From assembly GCA_964016885.1 (NCBI GenBank), contig OZ024765.1, forward strand, positions 16,864,001 to 16,928,000: a stretch of 64,000 nucleotides of DNA, written 5' to 3'. This DNA comes from Eledone cirrhosa. Its lineage: Eukaryota. The notes under the pieces are model-generated. The model worked only from the letters and a program-made list of their open reading frames with translations, had not been told where the DNA came from and did no database searches. This document shows, one piece after another, positions 53,574-64,000 of the stretch. The position numbers were made by a program, and so were the translations under genes. Within the stretch, counting starts at the first letter, position 1. Every line of letters starts with the position of its first letter.

Positions 53574-54464
53574 AAGATGGTTTATAAATTTTAATTTTGA
53601 TAGTATTTTTGTAGTTGTCTCGGTAGCCTATTGGTAGGTGTTGGCACAGTGGTGATGCTGGGGTTCAATATCAGTCAGGAATCTCTCGAGAAATTTAATT
53701 TTTTTAAATTTTTCATAAAATGAACGAAAAATAGAGGTTGCAGGAATCTGACTGAGATCCAACCCCAGACCAGCATCTCCATCACCTCTAATACTTACCA
53801 CTAGTCTACGGAGGCGGTTATAAAAAGTAACTGAAAATTAATATTTATAAAACTACTTTTTCAATTTTTTATAAAAACAAAATTTCTGTACAAGGTTTTC
53901 ATGTACACCTGACAGAGATCGAACCCCTAATCAATATCACAAATGTCTCTAATGTCTACCACTAGACCACTGAGCTAGATATAAAAACGGTGTGAAAATT
54001 AATATTTATAAAGTTACTTTTTTATTTTTGTTTTATACTATAAAAAATATAATACGACACACTGCCAGTGATTGAACCCCGGACTTGGTCCTCCACCGGC
54101 TCATATACTTACCACTAGGCTAAAGGGACGGTTACAGAAACTTACTGAAAATTATATTTATAAACCTACTTTTTCATTATTAGAAAAAACCGGAAGTGGA
54201 GAAAATTGAAAAACATCTTCTTTTTCTTCCTTTGATTTTTTTTAATCCAAAATTTGGATTTAAGTCAGAGAGGAGTTATCGTTCGTGGCAAAAATCAGAG
54301 GAAGAAAAAGAAAAAGTTTTTCAATTTTCTCCACTTCCGGTTTTTTCTAGTATAGGTAAGTAAATATTAATTTTCAATGCATTTTTGTAACCGTCCCTGT
54401 GGCCTAATGGTAAGTACTAGAGACGGTGGAGATCCTGATTTAGGGTTCGATTTCCGTTAGGTTC
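53574..54464. ncRNA. Five tRNA-like modules (+,-,-,-,+) around a palindromic insert (54179-54352)
   Basis: Same upstream motif and A/B boxes as at 46596. Confidence 0.6.
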
Positions 54465-55306
54465 TATACTAATAGCTGCGTATTTGTTGCTTTTATTAAG
54501 TAAGATTTCAACTAATAATGCTGTACTTTGTAGTAATGTCCCATATTATATTCAACATATTTTAATTAAAATTTTTTTTTTTTATAAAAGAAAGAACAAA
54601 AAACCTTATTGAAATTAAGAAATGAATTTTATTAAGTAAAGTTGTTTTTATTTTGTTTTCATTCATTAACTGCTGAATACGTCTTTTGTTTTTGTTTTTG
54701 ATTCTTTCTCACCATTGTTTACTGCAAATGGTGACTGCAACGAACCTGGATTATTACCAAGTTTCACTGGATGATTGTATTATTTTGTTGTCAGTGGACA
54801 TCTGGACATCTATCTAAATACCTGGAATAAACACAAGGTGTGTGTTTTACGTAACATTTCATTTTAATGTCTGATGTTCCTGTATATCACATTTAAAATG
54901 TAACCAATAAACAAGACAGGGACGCTACATCAAAAGAAACCACACAGATGAGGTATGAATAATCTAAAATTAATTTTAACAAACTATAAACGATGTTTAA
55001 AGAGAGACAAACATTAAAAAAGGATTTCAAGCAAACACGTAAACACAAAGACAATTACAGCCATAATCTAATATCTGAAGATCAACATTTTTCACGATAG
55101 AAATAAAACTAAATATGTAAAGCTTAGTGGCCCCTGATTTACTTGCTTTTAATTTCATTTTGATAATCTGTATTCTGTAGACATATATTTATGATTTTAA
55201 TGATGAAATTTCCTCTTGTCTTTAAAAGATCATTACTTATAAAAAATTATAATAGTCACCTCCTCGTCTGGATTAATATATAGCATCATTCGAGGTAGCT
55301 TACCCC

Positions 55307-55625
55307 CAGGGGTTCCTCAACTGGGCGATTTCAGCTGTTGGGTGGGCGATGAGCAGCTGAACAGAAAATTGAGGGCCATTGGAAACTTTGGTGGCCGATG
55401 TAGAATTTTGAGATTTAAGAAGGTATGCTACCCGAAAACCTTTTCAAGGAATATATGCAAAGAACCTGAATAAAAATCAGGAAGCTAATTGGGAAAATTG
55501 AACCAGGAACAAACATTTACGAAACATATTTGGTATACTTTGGAATATTTACTATACAGGTGGCTGGTGGAACATTTTTTTATGTGAATGTGGGTAATGA
55601 CGCCAAAATATTTGGCAACCCTTGG
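55307..55625. mobile_element. hAT-like MITE (duplicate at ~59864-60182)
   Basis: Ends CAGGGGTTCCTCAA / TTGGCAACCCTTG with near 8-bp TSD cttacccc / cttacacc. Confidence 0.65.
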
Positions 55626-58280
55626 CTTACACCTTACTAAATGTTCCGGAGACAAGCCTCTTAGCTATATATCATAGTTCTTCAATCCTTCATCTTCCAC
55701 AGTTGGTGAAGTATTTCGATTTGATATGACGATCGCAGAGTTAGATTTAGGACGTGGTGGCGTTCATGGGTTTCTTAGTGTTGTTACTAGAAAGGGTCGA
55801 CTCTGTCTTTCACACTTCAGGTTTTTTCATGAATTAAATATACATTTTCTTTCTGATCGGTCTAACAATGATTTGAACCTACAATGACTCCGTCTGTACT
55901 AATGTTCTCTTATTTGAAATATGTCATACCTAACTCCCTTGTCTGTGTGTGTGAAAAATATTCCAACGTAGAGCGACGTGCCCGTAAATTGTTTAGCCTC
56001 ATTCCTATATATAGATAATGTGTAGGTGTGTAATATTTGAACCTTCATTGAGGGTCTTTGCCGTAATTTCCCGTAACTCCGACTAGAAGTCATTATGTAG
56101 TTTTTTCGTCCGTTAAAAATAATAATTAAAACAATTCTATATCCACAGTTATATACACCTCTTCATCACATATTATATTATTTCCACCAATAACTACATT
56201 ATATCCTTAAATATGACACCAAGATATATAATTTGTAAATAAAAGATAAAATATTAAAACCTCAATTTTAAAATAATTTTACCCCACCTTTATGTTCTCA
56301 GTGTTTAGATTAATCCATAATTTTATGATTTTGGAGCAGATAACTTATAGTACCAGTCATGCACTGGGATCAATTTAACGGATCAATTACTTGACTTTTG
56401 CCTAAGTAAGACATACTCACAGAATGTATCGATGTATATGTATGAATCTATATATAATAATAATAATATATATATATATATTTGTATATTTTATGTTTAC
56501 AATAAAAATAGACAAACAATTTAATGATAATATGAAATGAAATTATTATTATTTATTAATAATATTTTTATTCTTTTCACTGCATTAACTTCTGAGTGTG
56601 ACTTTGTTTTTCTTACTATTTTCTACTGTAAATGGCGGCTTAATTGGATTATTACTAAGGTTTACTGGATTGTGGTGTTTCTTTATTGTTTTATATTTCA
56701 ATCAGCGGACATCAGGATAGCTTTCTATATACCTGGGATAAATGTAAAGAGTACTGACTTTCATCTGCAGTTCAATGGTGATGTCTTCTTATATTTTCAT
56801 TTACTTCTGCAATACTGTATATTGTAGTCTTTTCATTATTTTAAATATTTCTATCATGTCACTCGTTTGATATATCTCCCCGAAAGATGTAGTTATTCAG
56901 GGCTTTACATTGGAATAGTGTACTACTATTTAAATATTAGTCCTTTAAATATATATTTCTATCATGTCCCCCCACCCTTTTAGATTTATCTCCTCTAAAT
57001 TTGCAATCCCTAAAGTTTAACATCTTTCTTCACAAGACATATTTCTTAATAATTCTGGTGTTTTCTGTTTTGTTCTTATCTGGATTCCTTCAATAGCTTC
57101 TCCGTGCCCCAAAACAATATTTTAGGTCGTATCACACATATCATTCAACTAGTGTTTTAGACCTCTCGACATTTAGCTAGGCAAAGGAATGTTTTATTAT
57201 TCCTATCATCTGAATTCCTTTTTTTTCTTCAACATGTTTAGCCATCTTTAAAATCATATTCATACATATTCACAATTCCTCGTGGAGGGGTATAAGAGAC
57301 ATGTATAAATATAGCTACAAAATAACTTGAACCATATCGCGAAACATTTTGTAAAGTATCTCTGTAATTATTCTCATTTCGATTTTCTGTAGAATGTATT
57401 GACGTTTAAGCTAGAGACAATTGCCCTTCTTCTAATAATCTCTTTGTCCATTCCATGTTTAGTCTCACAAAATATTGTTAATGCAAGATTTTGCTCTAAT
57501 GTAATAAATGTTACTTTTAAAAGACCGAAGTTCTCAATTTTCTTCTTTCTCTTGTATATTGATATCTAAAGGATGACAAATGTATGAATTATGTGGTAGG
57601 GAGGAAAAAGCCACGACCTTCTTCTCTCGTTACAGAAGGCTAACTGACAACGTCTTTCGCAGGAGTGACTAGTACTACTGCCTTTTATATACCGTGACAA
57701 ATAAGGATACACTCTGCTCTCCTTATCAACATTGTCCGAGTCTGAAGACCTTTCCTCCCTGGTTAAGGAGTGAGATAACATATTGGGGATCAATCTCTAG
57801 CAATAATTTCATTAAATCATATTTAACCAGAGACTGTTATGTCGTGGTTGTTGCTATATTTTATAGTCGTGGTTTCAATGTTTAACAGGGCTTGTAGAAT
57901 TAGCTTTATCTAATTATTATCAAACATAACAGATTTATATATTGTCGCCGTTGTACGTTAAAATCGCATATATATTTATATACACACCAAGGATGGAGGG
58001 ACGACGGAATTGAAAACCATTATTGCTGAGTACATCACGGCAAGATCTAATACACACACACACACACATACACTCTCCCGTATATATTTAATAATCAGCT
58101 ATGACCATGAAGAAGGTCCCTGTAGATCATCTGGTTGTAGGATCTAATGAACCCGAAAGAAAGTGAAAATATATTTTATGAAAGCCCCAGAAGAATAAAT
58201 GTAAACATTGACCCGATTATAGTAGAAATAACAATGAGAAAGCCATGAACGCCAGCACATCTATTTTGTTTGGAAATTGA

Positions 58281-59022
58281 AAGTAGGTTTATAAATATTA
58301 ATTTTTTCTTATGTTCTTGTATCTGTTTCGTTGGCCTAATGGTAGGTGTTAGAGACTATGTAGACACTGATGTGGTGTTCAATCTCAGTCCGAATCTGTA
58401 CTATATATTTATAAATTTAAATTTTTCTCTAGCAAAGTAAAAAATGAAATTATTATCTCTAGACTTTGACTGAGATCGAAACCCAGAGCAGGTTCTCCAC
58501 CGTCTCTAATACCTACCATTAGGCCACGGAGACAGATATAAAAACAGTGTGAAAATTAATATTTATAAAGTTACTTTTTTATTTTTGTTTTATACTATAA
58601 AAAATATAATACGACACACTGCCAGTGATCGAACCCCGGACATGGACCTCCACCAGCTCTTATACTTACCACTAGGATAAAGGGACGGTTATAGAAACTC
58701 ACTGAAAATTGATATTTATAAACCTACTTTTTCATTACTAGAAAAAACCGGAAGTGGAGAAAATTGAAAAACATCTTCTTTTTCTTCCTCTGATTTTTTT
58801 TTATCCAAAATTTGGATTTAAGTCAGAGACGAGTTATCGTTCGTGGCAAAAATCAGAGGAAGAAAAAGAAAAAGTTTTTCAATTTTCTCCACTTCCGGTT
58901 TTTTCTAGTATAGGTAAGTAAATATTAATTTTCAATGCATTTTTCCAACCGTCCCTGTGGCTTAATGGTAAGTACTAGAGACGGTGGAGATCCTGATTTA
59001 GGGTTCGATTTCGGTTAGGTTC
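58281..59022. ncRNA. Four tRNA-like modules (+,-,-,+) around palindromic insert 58736-58910
   Basis: Same upstream motif and A/B boxes as at 46596. Confidence 0.6.
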
Positions 59023-62000
59023 TATACTAATAACTGCGTTTTTGTTGCTTTTATTAAGTAAGATTTCAACTAATAATGCTGTACTTTGTAGTAAGTCCCA
59101 TATTATATTCAACATATTTTAATTAAAATTTTTATTTTTTATAAAAGAAAGAACAAACAACCTTATTGAAATTAAGAAATGAATTTTATTCAGTAAAGTT
59201 GTTTTTATTTTGTTTTCATTCATTAACTGCTGAATACGTCTTTTGTTTTTGTTTTTGATTCTTTCTCACCATTGTTTACTGCAAATGGTGACTGCAACGA
59301 ACCTGGATTATTACCAAGTTTCACTGGATGATTGTATTATTTTGTTGTCAGTGGACATCTGGACATCTATCTAAATACCTGGAATAAACACAAGGTGTGT
59401 GTTTTACGTAACATTTCATTTTAATGTCTGATGTTCCTGTATATCACATTTAAAATGTAACCAATAAACAAAACACAGAGGCTACATCAAAAGAAACCAC
59501 ACAGACGAGGTACGAATAATCTAAAGTTAATTTTAACAAAATATAAACGATGTTTAAAGAATGACAAACATTAAAAAACGATTTCAAACAAACACGTAAA
59601 CACAAAGACAATTACAGCCATAATCTAATATCTGAAGATCAACATTTTTCACGATAGAAATAAAACTAAATATGTAAAGCTTAGTGGCCCCTGATTTACT
59701 TGCTTTTAATTTCATTTTGATAATCTGTATTCTGTAGACATATATTTATGATTTTAATGATGAAATTTCCTCTTGTCTTTAAAAGATCATTACTTATAAA
59801 AAATTATAATAGTCACCTCCTCGTCTGGATTAATATATAGCATCATTCGAGGTAGCTTACCCCCAGGGGTTCCTCAACTGGGCGATTTCAGCTGTTGGGT
59901 GGGCGATGAGCAGCTGAACAGAAAATTGAGGGCCATTGGAAACTTTGGTGGTCGATGTAGAATTTTGAGATTTAAGAAGGTATGCTACCCGAAAACCTAT
60001 TCAAGGAATATATGCAAAGAACCTGAATAAATATCAGGAAGCTAATTGGGAAAATTAAACCAGGAACAAACATTTACGAAACATATTTGGTATACTTTGG
60101 AATATTTACTATACAGGTGGCTGGTGGAACATTTTTTTATGTGAATGTGGGTAATGACGCCAAAATATTTGGCAACCCTTGGCTTACACCTTACTAAATG
60201 TTCCGGAGACAAGCCTCTTAGCTATATATCATAGTTCTTCAATCCTTCATCTTCCACAGTTGGTGAAGTATTTCGATTTGATATGACGATCGCAGAGTTA
60301 GATTTAGGACGTGGTGGCGTTCATGGGTTTCTTAGTGTTGTTACTAGAAAAGGGTCGACTCTGTCTTTCACACTTCAGGTTTTTTCATGAATTAAATATA
60401 CATTTTCTTTCTGATCGGTCTAACAATGATTTGAACCTACAATGACTCCGTCTGTACTAATGTTCTCTTATTTGAAATATGTCATACCTAACTCCCTTGT
60501 CTGTGTGTGTGAAAAATATTCCAACTTAGAGCGACGTGCCCGTAAATTGTTTAGCCTCATTCCTATATATAGATAATGTGTAGGTGTGTAATATTTGAAC
60601 CTTCATTGAGGGTCTTTGCCGTAATTTCCCGTAACTCCGACTAGAAGTCATTATGTAGTTTTTTTGTCCGTTAAAAATAATGATGAAAACAATTCTATAT
60701 CCACAGTTATATACACCTCTTCATCACATATTATATTATTTCCACCAATAACTACATTATATCCTTAAATATGACACCAAGATATATAATTTGTAAATAA
60801 AAGATAAAATATTAAAACCTCAATTTTTAAATAATTTTACCCCACCTTTATGTTCTCAGTGTTTAGATTAATCCATAATTTTATGATTTTGGAGCAGATA
60901 ACTTATAGTACCAGTCATGCACTGGGATCAATTTAACGGATCAATTACTTGACTTTTGCCTAAGTAAGACATACTCACAGAATGTATCAATGTATATGTA
61001 TGAATCTATATATAATAATAATAATATATATATATATATTTGTATATTTTATGTTTACAATAAAAATAGACAAACAATTTAATGATAATATGAAATGAAA
61101 TTATTATTATTTATTAATAATATTTTTATTCTTTTCACTGCATTAACTTCTGAGTGTGACTGTTTTTCTTACTATTTTCTACTGTAAATGGCGGCTTAAT
61201 TGGATTATTACTAAGGTATACTGGATTGTGGTGTTTCTTTATTGTTTTATATTTCAATCAGCGGACATCAGGATAGCTTTCTATATACCTGGGATAAATG
61301 TAAAGAGTACTGACTTTCATCTGCAGTTCAATGGTGATGTCTTCTTATATTTTCATTTACTTCTGCAATACTGTATATTGTAGTCTTTTCATTATTTTAA
61401 ATATTTCTATCATGTCACTCGTTTGATATATCTCCCCGAAAGATGTAGTTATTCAGGGCTTTACATTGGAATAGTGTACAACTATTTAAATATTAGTCCT
61501 TTAAATATATATTTCTATCATGTCCCCCCCACCCTTTTAGATTTATCTCCTCTAAATTTGCAATCCCTAAAGTTTAACATCTTTCTTCACAAGACATATT
61601 TCTTAATAATTCTGGTGTTTTCTGTTTTGTTCTTATCTGGATTCCTTCAATAGCTTCTCCGTGCCCCAAAACAATATTTTAGGTCGTATCACACATATCA
61701 TTCAACTAGTGTTTTAGACCTCTCGACATTTAGCTAGGCAAAGGAATGTTTTATTATTCCCATCATCTGAATTCCTTTTTTTTCTTCAACATGTTTAGCC
61801 ATCTTTAAAATCATATTCATACATATTCACAATTCCTCGTGGAGGGGTATAAGAGACATGTATAAATATAGCTGCATATTACTACAAAATAACTTGAACC
61901 ATATCGCGAAACATTTTGTAAAGTATCTCTGTAATTATTCTCATTTCGATTTTCTGTAGAATGTATTGACGTTTAAGATAGAGACAATTGCCCTTCTTCT

Positions 62001-62851
62001 AATAATCTCTTTGTTCATTCCATGTTTAGTCTCACAAAATATTGTTAATGCAAGATTTTGCTCTAATGTAATAAATGTTACTTTTAAAAGCCCGAAGTTC
62101 TCAATTTTCTTCTTTCTCTTGTATATTGATATCTAAAGGATGACAAATGTATGAATTATGTGGTAGGGAGGAAAAAGCCACGACCTTCTTCTCTCGTTAC
62201 AGAAGGCTAACTGACAACGTCTTTCGCAGGAGTGACTAGTACTACTGCCTTTTATATACCGTGACAACTGTAAAGACGTGACAAATAAGGATACACTCTG
62301 CTCTCCTTATCAACATTGTCCGAGTCTGAAGACCTTTCCTCCCTGGTTAAGGAGTGAGATAACATATTAGGGATCAATCTCTAGCAATAATTTCATTAAA
62401 TCATATTTAACCAGAGACTGTTATGTCGTGGTTGTTGCTATATTTTATAGTCGTGGTTTCAATGTTTAACAGGGCTTGTAGAATTAGCTTTATCTAATTA
62501 TTATCAAACAAAACAGATTTATATATTGTCGCCGTTGTACGTTAAAATCGCATATATATTTATATACACACCAAGGATGGAGGGACGACGGAATTGAAAA
62601 CCATTATTGCTGAGTACATCACGGCAAGATCTAATACACACACACTCTCCCGTATATATTTAATAATCAGCTATGACCATGAAGAAGGTCCCTGTAGATC
62701 ATCTGGTTGTAGGATCTAATGAACCCGAAAGAAAGTGAAAATATATTTTATGAAAGCCCCAGAAGAATAAATGTAAACATTGACCCGATTATAGTAGAAA
62801 TAACAATGAGAAAGCCATGAACGCCAGCACATCTATTTTGCTTGGAAATTA

Positions 62852-63583
62852 AAAGTAGGTTTATAAATATTAATTTTTTCTTATGTTCTTGTATCTGTTT
62901 GGTAGGTGTTAGAGACTATGTAGACACTGATGTGGTGTTCAATCTCAGTCCGAATCTGTACTATATATTTTTAAATTTAAATTTTTCTCTAGTAAAGTAA
63001 AAAATGAAATTATTATCTATAGACTTTGACTGAGATCGAAACCCAGAGCAGGTTCTCCACCGTGTCTAATACCTACCATTAGGACACGGAGACAGATATA
63101 AAAACAGTGTGAAAATTAATATTTATAAAGTTACTTTTTTATTTTTGTTTTATACTATAAAAAATATAATACAACACACTGCCAGTGATCGAACCCCGGA
63201 CCTGGACCTCCACCGGCTCATATACTTACCACTAGGCTAAAGGGACGGTTACAGAAACTCACTGAAAATTGATATTTATAAACCTACTTTTTCATTACTA
63301 GAAAAAACCGGAAGTGGAGAAAATTGAAAAACATCTTCTTTTTCTTCCTCTGATTTTTTTTTAATCCAAAATTTGGATTTAAGTCAGAGACGAGTTATCG
63401 TTCGTGGCGAAAATCAGAGGAAGAAAAAGAAGAAGTTTTTCAATTTTCTCCACTTCCGGTTTTTTCTAGTATAGGTAAGTAAATATTAATTTTCAAAAAA
63501 TTTTTGTTACCGTCCCTGTGGCCTAATGGTAAGCACTAGAGACGGTGGAGATCCTGATTTAGGGTTCGATTTCCGTTAGGTTT
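62852..63583. ncRNA. Four tRNA-like modules (+,-,-,+) around palindromic insert 63296-63471
   Basis: Same motifs; first module has lost its A-box start by a short deletion. Confidence 0.6.
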
Positions 63584-64000
63584 TATACTAATAACTGCGT
63601 ACTTGTTTCTTTTATTAAGTAAGATTTGAACTAATAATGCTGTACTTTGTAGTAATATCCCATATTATATTCAACATATTTTAATTAAAATTTATTTTTT
63701 TTATAAAAGAAAGAACAAAAAACCTTATTGAAATTAAGAAATGAATTTTATTCAGTAAAGTTGTTTTTATTTTGTTTTCACTTCATTAACTGCTGAATAC
63801 GTCTTTTGTTTTTGTTTTTGATTCTTTCTAACCATTGTTTACTGTGAATGGTGACTGCAACGAACCTGGATTATTACCAAGTTTCACTGGATGATTGTAT
63901 TATTTTGTTGTCAGTGGACATCTGGACATCTATCTAAATACCTGGAATAAACACAAGGTGTGTGTTTTACGTAACATTTCATTTTAATGTCTGATGTTCC

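Larger units (their letters stand above)
43790..64000. repeat. Tandemly amplified composite block: older units ~43.8-48.6 and ~50.5-55.3 kb; recent near-identical units 53977-58533, 58534-63093, 63094-end
   Basis: Marker GAAAAAACCGGAAGTGG at 54183, 58741, 63301 (periods 4558 and 4560); shared sub-blocks in all units. Confidence 0.93.

Noticed and set aside
46596-63583. tRNA-like modules as genuine tRNA genes
   Set aside because: No acceptor-stem pairing, no consistent anticodon arm, and high divergence among copies.

Overview
Eukaryotic, extremely microsatellite-rich animal DNA. The SINE families, RTE/CR1 LINE relics and repeat density suggest an octopus (coleoid cephalopod) genome; this is inference, no database search was run. 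Almost all long ORFs in the supplied track are simple-repeat artefacts. Supportable content: decayed mariner, maT (DD37D), Penelope-like (RT + GIY-YIG), RTE and CR1/L2 elements; many tRNA-derived SINEs and MITEs; several minisatellites (40, 53, 65, 123 bp units); and two convincing minus-strand host exons (a first coding exon at 14623-14680 and a last coding exon at 27834-28079, products not recognised). Two systems stand out. (1) At least five unrelated families of short non-coding elements in (TA)n/(CA)n tracts carry type I hammerhead ribozyme folds, and most have a fold-back inversion at their 5' end. (2) A tandemly amplified ~20 kb block (43.8-64 kb, newest period ~4.56 kb) holds ~18 TATA-preceded A-box/B-box tRNA-like modules that do not fold as cloverleaves, a palindromic insert between divergent modules, a CR1 relic, and 8 copies of a terminal-exon-like cassette. 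All coordinates and folds were read by eye and need computational confirmation.
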